This document shows positions 30,663-39,934 of a stretch of DNA of 64,000 bases, piece after piece (within the stretch, counting starts at the first letter, position 1; each line of letters starts with the position of its first letter). The notes beneath the pieces are model-generated. The model was not told the DNA's origin. It ran no database searches and saw only the letters and a program-made list of their open reading frames with translations. The stretch is from NCBI GenBank assembly GCA_027355945.1, contig DAIEHA010000001.1, positions 3,390 through 67,389 of the forward strand, written 5' to 3'. Origin of the DNA: Candidatus Parcubacteria bacterium. GTDB taxonomy: Bacteria; Patescibacteriota; Minisyncoccia; UBA6257; 2-01-FULL-56-20. The position numbers were made by a program, and so were the translations under genes.

Positions 30663-30839
30663 AGGCTTATTATAATCCATCTCCACAAAAAACCTTCGAC
30701 CGCGATGCGGCGTCCTATCCGGGGTGAAAAGGGATATTCGTTGCATGCAATGGATCATGACGTCCCGCAGGAAGCCCCCGCGTTTGCATAAGCCTCGTGT
30801 TTTGGGTATATTTTTCTGGACGGTGATATGCCGTGCGGC

Positions 30840-30912
30840 GCCACCTTAGCTCAGCTGGTAGAGCAGTGCTTTCGTAAAGCAAAGGTCCCCGGTTCGAATC
30901 CGGGAGGTGGCT
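30840..30912 (+). tRNA. tRNA-Thr(CGT)
   Basis: GCCACCT TA GCTC AGCTGGTA GAGC A GTGCT TT CGT AA AGCAA AGGTC CCCGG TTCGAAT CCGGG AGGTGGC T. Confidence 0.95.
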
Positions 30913-30942
30913 CAAAGAAAGGGAAAAGGGTACGATATCCGT

Positions 30943-31371
30943 ATGGGACAAGAATCATTTCCTGATGACGGCAAGAAGGAAGGGCAGGAAGATCCGCAGG
31001 GGTCCTTCGACTTCGAGGCCGCGGGCGAACCCCTGATAAACGAGCCGAAGGTCATCTTCCGCGCGCTCTGCTCGTATCCCGATGGACGCTATGAGAATGA
31101 GGATCTTCGCGAGGGAGAGGGGGGATTGTTCTATAATGAGGCGGGCGACGCATTCGAAAAGGAGGAGCAGGGAGGGAAGAGGGTGGCGTATAAACTGAAC
31201 GCCACGGCGGAGTTCCTCGCCATGCAGAAAAAGGTCCGCGAGGCGAACCCCTCCCTTCATCCCGAGCTCATCGATGAGTATGCGCGCATGCGGCTGCGGG
31301 ACCAGCGTCGCAAGGAGCGTCTCGAAAAGGAGGCAGAGGAACGGCGGGCGGCAAAAAAAAGGAAAAAATAA
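30943..31371 (+). CDS. Hypothetical charged protein
   Basis: 142 aa, acidic N-terminus and basic C-terminus; TACGAT 6 nt before the ATG. Confidence 0.7.
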   Translation: MGQESFPDDGKKEGQEDPQGSFDFEAAGEPLINEPKVIFRALCSYPDGRYENEDLREGEGGLFYNEAGDAFEKEEQGGKRVAYKLNATAEFLAMQKKVREANPSLHPELIDEYARMRLRDQRRKERLEKEAEERRAAKKRKK

Positions 31372-31392
31372 CGATTCAACGGTACGACACAT

Positions 31393-32455
31393 ATGGACTA
31401 TAAAGACGAATTGAAAGAACTGGTTTCCGAAGCCCGCCGACTTGGCGGGCGGCTTTGACGTGGATGCCAAAAGAGCGAGGCTGAAAGAACTTACGGACGC
31501 CATGGCGGCGCCTGGATTTTGGAGCGATCGCGCAAAGGCGGATGAGGCGATCAGGGAGCTTGGAGGGCTTCAGGACGTCGTGGAGCGGTATGGGGATATC
31601 GAGGAGGGGATCCTCGGGCTCGAGATGGCGTCCGGAGGAGGCGGTACGGTGGACGAGAACGCGTTCCATGATCTGAAGCGCCGGTTCAGGGCCTTCGAGC
31701 TCACGCAGCTGTTCACGGGACGGTACGATGCCCAGGCCGCGGTGATCTCCGTCTATCCTGGGGCGGGCGGTGCGGATGCCGAGGATTGGGCGCGGATGCT
31801 CGGGGCGATGTATGAAGGATATGCGGCGCGGCGCGGATGGAAGGTCCGCGAGGTGGATGACAGCATCCGATCGCGGACGATCGAGATCCGTGGCGATCAT
31901 GCGTACGGCTATTTGAAGAATGAATCGGGGGTGCATCGCCTCGTACGGATCTCGCCGTTCAATGCGAAACACTCGCGCGAGACATCCTTCGCGCTCGTCG
32001 AGGTGATGCCCGACCTTCCGGCGCTCGAGGAATCGAAGCTCGCCATTCCAGAAGGGGACCTCAAGTTCGAATTTTCCCGTGCCGGCGGTCCGGGCGGGCA
32101 GAACGTGAACAAGGTGGAGACCGCGGTGCGCGTGACGCATGTGCCGACGGGGATGACCGTATCGGCGCGTACCGAGCGGTCCCAGGCGCAGAACCGGGAA
32201 TATGCCGTAAAGCTCCTCAAGGCGAAACTCTTCCAGCTCATGGAGAAGGAGAAGGTCGAGGAGGTGGGCGCGCTGCGTACCAAGGTGAAGCCGGAGTGGG
32301 GGAACCAGATACGCTCCTATGTGCTGAACCCCTATCAGATGGTGAAGGATCACCGTACAGATGCGGAGACCTCCCGCGTGGACGGGGTGCTCGAGGGCGA
32401 TATCGATATGTTCATCGAAGCGATGCTTGAAAAGGCGGCGGAGTCCCTCAAGTAG
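31393..32455 (+). CDS. prfB: Peptide chain release factor 2, with programmed +1 frameshift
   Basis: ORF1 MDYKDELKELVSEARRLGGRL ends CTT TGA C (31453-31459); the +1 frame continues DVDAKR..., GVHRLVRISPF (SPF), GGPGGQNVNK, QIRSYV. Confidence 0.97.
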
Positions 32456-32491
32456 CGACCCGTTCCTGTAAATGGTAGAATGAACCTACTT

Positions 32492-33793
32492 ATGAAACCC
32501 ATGACAAAAATGCGCAAGGTGCTGCAGATGGGGCTCGTCATCATACTGGGGCTCGTGCTTGTGGGAAGCGGGTTCTGGCTCGGCTGGAGTTCGGGAAGGA
32601 AATACCCCGAGAACATCGTCGTGACCGATGCGGCGAACATCGCAGGCCCCACGGGAACCCCGTCCGCGGCGGATTTCAGCGTGTTCTGGCAGGCATGGCA
32701 GGACCTCGATCAATACTATTTGAACAATCCAAGCTCGACCGATCAGCAGAAGATGTACGGAGCGATCCAGGGTCTTCTCGCCTCGACGGGCGATCCCTAC
32801 ACCGAATTCTTCAATCCCAAGGACAACGCGCAGTTCCAGCAGGACATCACGGGCAATTTCGGGGGGATCGGTGCGGAACTTGGCACGAGCGCATCGGGCA
32901 CCATCGTCGTCATCTCACCCCTCGCGGGCACACCGGCCGCCAAGGCGGGACTCAAGCCTCAGGACCAGATCGTTGCGGTGAACGGGAGTTCGACTGTGGG
33001 AATGAACGTGGATGATGTCGTGAATATCGTGCGCGGCCCGGTGGGGTCCACGGTGACGCTGTCCATCCTGCGTGCCGGATGGAGCGCGCCGAAGGATTTC
33101 AGCATCGTGCGTGCGAACATCAACGTGCCAACCGTGGAGTTCTCCATGAAAGGTGCGGTTGCGGTGATCACGCTCAATGAGTTCACACAGGACGCCGATT
33201 CGCTTTTCTATCAGGCGCTTCAGAAAGCGGTGGCGCATAATGCACAGGGGATCGTATTGGACCTCCGGGGCGATCCGGGCGGGTATCTCGAGGTTGCGGT
33301 GGATCTCGCAGGATACTTCCTGAAACCCGGTTCCCAGGTGGTGAAAGAGGTGGGACGCGCGGTCCCGACGCAGAATTTCACCGCTCAGGGCAATGGCGCT
33401 CTTGCGGGGATGCCGATGGCGATCCTCATTGATGGAGGTACCGCGAGCGCGGCCGAGATCCTTTCGGGCGCCCTTCACGACGATCGGAACGTGCCCCTCG
33501 TGGGAGAGAGGAGTTTTGGCAAGGGGACCGTGCAACAGCTTTTCAACCTTTCCGACGGGTCTGCGCTCAAGATCACGGTGGCACATTGGGTGCTTCCGAA
33601 CGGACACATCCTCGATCACGACGGTCTCGTGCCGGATTACGCCGTACCCATCACGGATGCACAGGTGGCGAGCGGGCAGGATCCTCAGATGGCGAAGGCC
33701 CTCGAGATAATCCAAGATGAGATCGCGGGAACCCCGCTTCCTCCGAAGACCCAGACTGCCGCTGCCGGTGCGGCGAGCACTACTGCGCAATAA
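32492..33793 (+). CDS. ctpA: C-terminal processing protease, S41 family
   Basis: N-terminal [39 protein letters not shown]; start could be 32480 or 32501. Confidence 0.93.
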   Translation: MKPMTKMRKVLQMGLVIILGLVLVGSGFWLGWSSGRKYPENIVVTDAANIAGPTGTPSAADFSVFWQAWQDLDQYYLNNPSSTDQQKMYGAIQGLLASTGDPYTEFFNPKDNAQFQQDITGNFGGIGAELGTSASGTIVVISPLAGTPAAKAGLKPQDQIVAVNGSSTVGMNVDDVVNIVRGPVGSTVTLSILRAGWSAPKDFSIVRANINVPTVEFSMKGAVAVITLNEFTQDADSLFYQALQKAVAHNAQGIVLDLRGDPGGYLEVAVDLAGYFLKPGSQVVKEVGRAVPTQNFTAQGNGALAGMPMAILIDGGTASAAEILSGALHDDRNVPLVGERSFGKGTVQQLFNLSDGSALKITVAHWVLPNGHILDHDGLVPDYAVPITDAQVASGQDPQMAKALEIIQDEIAGTPLPPKTQTAAAGAASTTAQ

Positions 33794-33851
33794 AACGGGC
33801 CTCGGGGAGGTAATAAGATACGGAAGCCATCACAATAATTTTTTACGAACC

Positions 33852-34301
33852 ATGAAGGTAATCTTTCTGCAGGATGTACGGGGGGTGGGGCGGAAGAATG
33901 ACACAAAGGATGTGAGCGACGGGTATGCGCGCAATTTCCTCCTTCCGAACAAGCTTGCGGAGCCTGCGACGCCGGCGGCGCTCAAGCATTTAGAGGAGAC
34001 GAAGGCGGCGCATGACGCCGCGGATGCCGTGCTCATGAAGGAGCTTGCGGAGGCGAAGCGGGGGATCGAGGCGGTCATCCTCGAGTTTCCCCTGAAGGCG
34101 GACAAATCGGGCACGCCGTTCTCTTCCGTGAACAAGGATACGCTTTTGAAGGCCCTTCGCGACCACAGACTTGTGACGACGGAACGGGTGGGGATCGAAT
34201 TGAAATATCCCATCAAGGAGTTCGGGGACCATGTCGTTCCCATCGATCTCAAGAAGGGGGTTACGGCAGAGCTCAAGATCCGCGTGGTGAAAGAGGAATA
34301 A
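33852..34301 (+). CDS. rplI: 50S ribosomal protein L9
   Basis: [12 protein letters not shown]...[18 protein letters not shown]. Confidence 0.96.
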   Translation: MKVIFLQDVRGVGRKNDTKDVSDGYARNFLLPNKLAEPATPAALKHLEETKAAHDAADAVLMKELAEAKRGIEAVILEFPLKADKSGTPFSSVNKDTLLKALRDHRLVTTERVGIELKYPIKEFGDHVVPIDLKKGVTAELKIRVVKEE

Positions 34302-34358
34302 GAAAACAGGAGGCGCAGCCGTATGGGGCATAGCCCGATGGCGCGCGCACTTGCATTG

Positions 34359-34417
34359 AAAAAACCGCCTTCTTCCTTCAGGGGTTCATACCCTGGAACG
34401 GGAAGAGGGCGGTTTTC
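34359..34417. terminator. Long imperfect hairpin between convergent rplI and rpmA
   Basis: AAAACCGCC-TTCTTCC-TTCAGGG...CCCTGGA..GGGAAGA-GGGCGGTTTT. Confidence 0.6.
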
Positions 34418-34693
34418 TTATGCGACCACTGCGACCACCGTCGCCTGCTTGCGGGAACCGTCGAAACGGGTCTTCATCTTGCTCGAGAATTTCACGGTGC
34501 CGTTCTTGCCGGCGAAAAGCGTGTCGTCATCGGCCCGGATCACATTCTCACCGGGGACGTACTTGGTGCCGCGCTGGCGGATGATGATCTGTCCGACGGA
34601 GACCTTCTGGCCATCCTGGAGTTTGACGCCGAGCCGCTTCGAGATCGAATCGCGCCCGAGCTTTGTGGAACCTATAGCTTTGGTATGTGCCAT
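34418..34693 (-). CDS. rpmA: 50S ribosomal protein L27
   Basis: [24 protein letters not shown]...[13 protein letters not shown]...DDTLFA. Confidence 0.97.
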   Translation of the reverse strand: MAHTKAIGSTKLGRDSISKRLGVKLQDGQKVSVGQIIIRQRGTKYVPGENVIRADDDTLFAGKNGTVKFSSKMKTRFDGSRKQATVVAVVA

Positions 34694-34722
34694 GGGAGGA
34701 ATTTTATGCTATAGTGCGCATA

Positions 34723-35442
34723 ATGTCAACCGTCAATACGCTCATATTCGATATCGAAACGGTGGGGGAGGACTTCGATGCACTCGATAGTGAGACGAAA
34801 AAGAACCTCACGCATTGGATCAGAAGGGATTCTGACACGGAGGAGGAATACAAACTCGCGCTCGAGGATATGAAGAAAGGATTGGGGTTCTCGCCGCTGA
34901 CGGGGCAGATCATCGCGATCGGAGCGCTCGACTGCCATAAGAACGAGGGCGCGGTCTATTATCAGGCGCCCGGACAGAGGAATCCCGAGCACAAGGAGGA
35001 GGGCATCACGTTCAAGCAGATGACGGAGGCGGATATGATCCGGAAGTTCTGGGAGCTCGCGGCGCGATACCAGGTGTTCGTCACATTCAATGGACGCGCA
35101 TTCGATGTGCCGTTCCTCATGGTCCGTTCCGCGGTGAACGGCGTGCGTCCCGTGAAGGACCTTATGCGTGGACGGTATCTCTACCAGAACAGTCCAGAAG
35201 CGCTCCATGTCGACCTTGCCGAACAGTTCTCCTTCTACGGGGCCGTGCGCCGGAAGGGAAGCCTTCATCTCTGGAGCCGTGCGTTCGGCATTCCGAGTCC
35301 CAAGTCCGGTGGCGTGACCGGCGACGACGTGGGGCCCCTCTTCAGGAAGGGGCGATTCCTCGAGATCGCGAAATATAACATGGGGGACATCCGTGCGACC
35401 CGTGAGCTGTATCTGAAGTGGGAACAGTATTTTCAATTCTAA
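34723..35442 (+). CDS. PolB-related 3'-5' exonuclease (RNase H-like, DEDD)
   Basis: FDIET, VTFNGRAFDVPFL, HVDL, I..YN..DI.AT. Confidence 0.85.
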   Translation: MSTVNTLIFDIETVGEDFDALDSETKKNLTHWIRRDSDTEEEYKLALEDMKKGLGFSPLTGQIIAIGALDCHKNEGAVYYQAPGQRNPEHKEEGITFKQMTEADMIRKFWELAARYQVFVTFNGRAFDVPFLMVRSAVNGVRPVKDLMRGRYLYQNSPEALHVDLAEQFSFYGAVRRKGSLHLWSRAFGIPSPKSGGVTGDDVGPLFRKGRFLEIAKYNMGDIRATRELYLKWEQYFQF

Positions 35443-35544
35443 AAAAGGCGATCTTCGCAGGGCATGCGGCGGCGTGCATCCCCGGCGGGCACGTCCGGAG
35501 CGCATCTTCAGGGGATCTTTAGCGTCCGGTGGTATCTTCAGGAG

Positions 35545-35727
35545 ATGGATATGCGGAGGCTTGCCGTGTTCGGCACATTCGTGTTTGTTGCGGTATCGTT
35601 CGGGTATGCCGCAGGCCATTTTATGGCGCTCGATGATGGCCGGGCGAAGGTTGTCATCGAAGCGTGCTCGGAGGTAGCTTCCTCGTCGATCCTCCGCGGC
35701 GGGACGCCCATAAGGAAAGGGATTTGA
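35545..35727 (+). CDS. Small single-TM hypothetical protein
   Basis: 60 aa MDMRRLAVFGTFVFVAVSFGYAAG...; TGGTATCTT 6 nt before the ATG; terminator follows. Confidence 0.55.
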   Translation: MDMRRLAVFGTFVFVAVSFGYAAGHFMALDDGRAKVVIEACSEVASSSILRGGTPIRKGI

Positions 35728-35759
35728 GGCGTCCGATAAGGAAGGAGATCTCGATGCAA

Positions 35760-35789
35760 CAAAAAAGACCGCTGCAGCGGTCTTTTTTG
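35760..35789. terminator. Bidirectional intrinsic terminator
   Basis: CAAAAAAGACCGC-tgca-GCGGTCTTTTTTG. Confidence 0.85.
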
Positions 35790-35800
35790 CGAAGAGGCGT

Positions 35801-36691
35801 TTATGCCGGTTTCTTCATTCCCTGGTCCACCGAAGCTGCCGGAGGCATCTTTGGTGCGGCTGCGTTCATCACCTGTCCCTGGGCTTGCGCCTGGGTCTGG
35901 GGCTGAACCGATGCCGGCTTCGAGGAGGGGGCGGCGCCGGAGGATTTTACCACCGGAGCTTTAGCTTCCTTTTCGGGCCAGAAGAGGATCGCGAGGATCG
36001 CGATCACGAGCACAATGATGGCGAGCACGGGCCAGTTGGACTTCGTGAATGACCAGAAGGAGGATGCCTGTGCGGTCGCTGCGGCGGGGTTCGCCGTGTT
36101 CACCGCTGCGGTCACGGCAGCTCCTGCCGGGGCCGATGACGTCGCCTGGGCCGTGACCGTCGGGGCAGAGGCATTGCTGCCGGTGCCTGCCGTCGGAGCC
36201 GCGGTCTGGGACGGCGTCAGCGGCGAGGTGATCGCAACCGACGCATTGGCCTGCTCATCCTGGGCGATCTGGACTGTGATCGCGGAAACGGTGTCCTTCA
36301 TGGTGCCGAGCGTCGACGCGACCGCCGAGAGTTGCGCCTGGTCCATGGTGGGGTTTGCCGCGATCGCCGTGTTGAGCTCCGAAAGCATGGTCCCGAGCTG
36401 GGTGAGCACGCCATCGAAGTAGGCGATCTGACTTTCCGTAAGTCCCGTCGTCACCGTCACCGCCGCCGCCTGTGAGGGCTGCGAGGTGGCAGGTATGCTT
36501 TCAGCGATCTGGGTATCGCCCTGCGGGATCATGCCGGCGCGCATCTCGAGATTCACGAGCGTCGCGTGTGCGACATCAAGCTGCTGCTTGAGTGCCGCAG
36601 TATCGGCAGTCTGCGCATGGACGGTTCCCGTCTGCAGGCCGAAGCCCGCAAACATGACCGCCAATACCGCAAAGAAAATAGTCTTTTTCAT
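35801..36691 (-). CDS. Exported Ala/Thr/Gln-rich protein with C-terminal TM anchor
   Basis: Signal peptide MKKTIFFAVLAV...VHA, helical region, TM WPVLAIIVLVIAILAILFW. Confidence 0.8.
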   Translation of the reverse strand: MKKTIFFAVLAVMFAGFGLQTGTVHAQTADTAALKQQLDVAHATLVNLEMRAGMIPQGDTQIAESIPATSQPSQAAAVTVTTGLTESQIAYFDGVLTQLGTMLSELNTAIAANPTMDQAQLSAVASTLGTMKDTVSAITVQIAQDEQANASVAITSPLTPSQTAAPTAGTGSNASAPTVTAQATSSAPAGAAVTAAVNTANPAAATAQASSFWSFTKSNWPVLAIIVLVIAILAILFWPEKEAKAPVVKSSGAAPSSKPASVQPQTQAQAQGQVMNAAAPKMPPAASVDQGMKKPA

Positions 36692-36992
36692 AAATGTGAA
36701 TGTTTTTTTGCAATACTGACGACCTTTCTTGTCGCCTTCGTTCCATATTCAGTTATAAAGGTGCGCAAGCGTCTTTTTGTGTCCGCCTGAAAAATTGAGC
36801 CCACCGATACGGTGGGTATGGTTCTTCGGCTATTATATGCCGAGGAGGGGGTAGGAATGCAAGAGGATTGCGTAGACGCCTTATATTTGCTATAATTTCC
36901 CAATCAGGCCGAAACCCCATCCCGCCCGAACACGGGATTTCTCTTTGTTTGGGGAGAAGGGTCCCGGACTGCACGAAACAACACGATTTTCC

Positions 36993-38825
36993 ATGGATAT
37001 CCGCAACATCGCCATCATTGCTCACGTCGACCACGGCAAGACGACCCTCGTCGATGCCTTATTGAAGCAGTCCGTGAGTTTCAAGATGAAGACCGGCGCC
37101 ACGGCGGATCTCATCATGGATTCCAACGAGCTTGAACGGGAGCGTGGTATCACCATCTTTTCGAAGAACGCCTCGGTGATATACAAAGATACGAAGATCA
37201 ACATCGTGGACACCCCGGGCCACGCCGATTTCGGCGGTGAGGTCGAGCGCATCATGCGCATGGTGGACGGCGTCCTTCTCCTCGTGGATGCGAAAGAGGG
37301 GCCCATGCCGCAGACGAAGTTCGTGCTGCGCAAGGCGATCCAGGCGGGCCACAAAGTGGTCGTCGTGGTGAACAAGATCGATAAGCCGGACGCTCGGCCC
37401 GAGTGGGCGCTCGATGCCACCTACGACCTCTTCTTCGAACTCGACGCCACCGAGGAGCAGATCGAGTTCCCGATCATCTATGCATCGGGAGTGCAGGGGA
37501 AGGCCGGCATGACGAACGCACTCGAGGAGATGAAGGATATCGAGCCGGTGTTCGAAGCGATCGTGAAGCATCTTCCGCCTCCGCAGAAACCGACGGAGGA
37601 CATGGAGAACGTCCTTCAAATGCTCACCGTGAACCTCGCGAATGATAACTACAAAGGGAAGATCGCCATCGGTCGCATCTATTCCGGTACGCTCAAGAAG
37701 GCGATGAACGTCGCCCACATCACCCGGAAGGGCGAGGTGAAAAAGGCATCGATCGCATCGGTCATGGTGTTCGACGGCCTTGGCCGCGTGGATGTGGAAT
37801 CGGCGGGAGCGGGAGAGATCGTCGCGATCGCGGGCATCCCCGACATCTCGATCGGCGAGACGATCGCGGACGTGGAGCGTCCGATCGCCCTGCCCACGAT
37901 CCATATCGACGAGCCTACCATCAAGATGACGTTCAGCGTGAACACCTCGCCGTTTCGCGGCAAGGAGGGCAAGTTCACGACCTCGCGCCAGATCAGCGAC
38001 CGGCTCAACAAGGAATTGGAGACCGACGTTGCGCTCGCGGTGACGACCATGGATACGACCGATCGCTGGACGGTCGCCGGTCGTGGCGAGCTGCACCTCG
38101 CTATTTTGATAGAGAAGATGCGCCGCGAAGGGTTTGAGCTCGAGGTTTCGAAGCCTCAGGTTATCTATAAAGAAGAGGGCGGTAAGAAGACCGAACCCGT
38201 CGAGCTCGTGTCCGTCGAGGTGCCCGAACAGTATTCCGGCACGGTGATCGAAATGCTCGGAAAGCGGCTCGGCATCATGCGCAATATGCGCGTGGACGAC
38301 AAGGGCAATGCCTTCATGGAGTTCGAGACGCCGACGCGCGGCCTCATCGGTATCCGCAATCGGTTCCTCACGGCGACGAAAGGCACCGGCATCATGAACA
38401 GCATCTTCCTCGGGTATCAGCCGTACCGAGGCGACATCACCGCCATTCCGCATGGTTCGATCGTGGCAACCCAGCAGGGCGTTTCGAATAACTACGGGCT
38501 TGTGACCGCGCAGGGGCGCGGCAAGCTCTTTATCAGCGCTGGCGTGCCGGTGTACGAGGGCATGGTCGTGGGCGAGAATGCGAAGGAGGGCGATATCCTG
38601 GTCCATGTGGCGCGCGAGAAGCAGCTTACGAACTTCCGCGCAAAGAACGAGGGCCTCGCCGATTTCCTGGAGGTGCCCGTCACGATGTCGCTCGAAGACG
38701 CACTCGATTACATCGATGACGAAGAGCTCGTCGAGATCACCCCGCAGAACATCCGCATCCGTAAGAAATATCTTACCGAGAACGACCGCAAGAAGGCAGG
38801 CCGTTCCGCGGCTTCGGCGGAATAA
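36993..38825 (+). CDS. typA: Translational GTPase TypA/BipA
   Basis: IRNIAIIAHVDHGKTT, ERERGITI, DTPGHADFGGEVER, NKID, GRGELHL, VEITP.NIRIRK. Confidence 0.98.
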   Translation: MDIRNIAIIAHVDHGKTTLVDALLKQSVSFKMKTGATADLIMDSNELERERGITIFSKNASVIYKDTKINIVDTPGHADFGGEVERIMRMVDGVLLLVDAKEGPMPQTKFVLRKAIQAGHKVVVVVNKIDKPDARPEWALDATYDLFFELDATEEQIEFPIIYASGVQGKAGMTNALEEMKDIEPVFEAIVKHLPPPQKPTEDMENVLQMLTVNLANDNYKGKIAIGRIYSGTLKKAMNVAHITRKGEVKKASIASVMVFDGLGRVDVESAGAGEIVAIAGIPDISIGETIADVERPIALPTIHIDEPTIKMTFSVNTSPFRGKEGKFTTSRQISDRLNKELETDVALAVTTMDTTDRWTVAGRGELHLAILIEKMRREGFELEVSKPQVIYKEEGGKKTEPVELVSVEVPEQYSGTVIEMLGKRLGIMRNMRVDDKGNAFMEFETPTRGLIGIRNRFLTATKGTGIMNSIFLGYQPYRGDITAIPHGSIVATQQGVSNNYGLVTAQGRGKLFISAGVPVYEGMVVGENAKEGDILVHVAREKQLTNFRAKNEGLADFLEVPVTMSLEDALDYIDDEELVEITPQNIRIRKKYLTENDRKKAGRSAASAE

Positions 38826-38870
38826 AGGGTGCGGGGGATAGGGGATGCGCGGAGGCGGAAAGGGGTCTGC

Positions 38871-38907
38871 AAAAAAAGCCGTACGGCAGCAAGCGCTGCG
38901 GTACGGC
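38871..38907 (-). terminator. Intrinsic terminator of the minus-strand ORF
   Basis: Minus strand GCCGTAC-CGCAGC..GCTGC-CGTACGGC-TTTTTTT. Confidence 0.6.
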
Positions 38908-38917
38908 CGATCTTATC

Positions 38918-39310
38918 CTAGCGATCTTTCAGCGTGAGCCCGCTTTGGGCGAACATCCGTTCGATCGCCTTCAGGGTCTCGCGTCCTGCATTCCTCCTGC
39001 TCAGAATGCTCTTCCTCGACATGGTCCGAAGAAAGTCGTGCATGGTCGGGATGCCCTTGGAGAGCATCCGTATCTTCGTGAGGACGAACCGGGCGGTGAT
39101 GCCGGCTTCATGCATGCGCTCCGGAGTGAAATAATCCTCGGGCTTCATATGGAAGAGCCGGGGATTTTCGTTCCCCGGATGCACGATGAGGATGCATTCG
39201 ATGAACTCGCCCGGTGCGAGCAGGTTCTTCCGTTTCGCACGTGATTCCGTGAGATGGGCCCAGCTTTCCTCTTCAGTGCGGAGGAAGGTGGTCAGTTCGG
39301 ACGACGGCAT
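38918..39310 (-). CDS. Hypothetical protein with C-terminal RNA polymerase alpha-CTD-like HhH
   Basis: GIPTMHDFL..SRKSILSRRNAGRETLKAIERMFAQSGLTL; GGAGG SD upstream. Confidence 0.65.
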   Translation of the reverse strand: MPSSELTTFLRTEEESWAHLTESRAKRKNLLAPGEFIECILIVHPGNENPRLFHMKPEDYFTPERMHEAGITARFVLTKIRMLSKGIPTMHDFLRTMSRKSILSRRNAGRETLKAIERMFAQSGLTLKDR

Positions 39311-39498
39311 TGCCGAACCTCCTGTGCGCGGTTGCGCTGACCATATAATAAAAGAAAAATATGAATAGTCAATTATTGTGCGGTTGCGCGCGATGCGCGA
39401 CGTACGGAATCGCTTGCGGATGAAGGATGCCCCGTGAGAGAATGGGTGTATGGAGAAGGGTGGGAAAAAGGAGGTCGCGCCATGGAGCGGGGCATTCT

Positions 39499-39915
39499 AT
39501 GATGCCGAGTATCGGAAAAATTACCGAAAACATGAGATCCGACGATGAATTGAGGGAGAGGGATCCGCAGCTCTATCGGGTTGCGCGGCAGGGCGCAACG
39601 GAGGCGCCGTTCACGGGAAGGTACGTGGATGAGCATGCGGACGGGGCATATAGATGCGCGGTATGCGGGACGGAGCTTTTTTCGTCCGCCACGAAGTTCG
39701 ATTCCGGGACCGGCTGGCCAAGCTTCACCGAACCTGCGAACTCGGGGAATGTGGAGCTCAGGAATGACGAAAGTCTCGGCATGCGCCGCACCGAGGTCGT
39801 ATGCAGGAATTGCGGCGCACATCTCGGCCACGTCTTCGATGACGGTCCTGCCGATAAGGGCGGCAAGCGCTACTGCATCAACTCGGTATGCCTCGATCTC
39901 GAAAAGGAGGGGTGA
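39499..39915 (+). CDS. msrB: Peptide-methionine (R)-S-oxide reductase
   Basis: [51 protein letters not shown]; start may be 39532. Confidence 0.96.
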   Translation: MMPSIGKITENMRSDDELRERDPQLYRVARQGATEAPFTGRYVDEHADGAYRCAVCGTELFSSATKFDSGTGWPSFTEPANSGNVELRNDESLGMRRTEVVCRNCGAHLGHVFDDGPADKGGKRYCINSVCLDLEKEG

Positions 39916-39934
39916 GGCGCCGCAGTACGATCGC

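Noticed and set aside
28831-30912. Integrated element or prophage at the tRNA cluster
   Set aside because: No integrase and no duplicated tRNA 3' end (att) seen; only singleton genes lie between the tRNAs.
31393-31458. prfB as a pseudogene or sequencing frameshift
   Set aside because: CTT TGA C at codon 21 is the known programmed +1 frameshift.
36730-36830. c-di-AMP or c-di-GMP riboswitch in the minus-strand leader
   Set aside because: Only fragmentary resemblance; the conserved cores could not be matched by eye.
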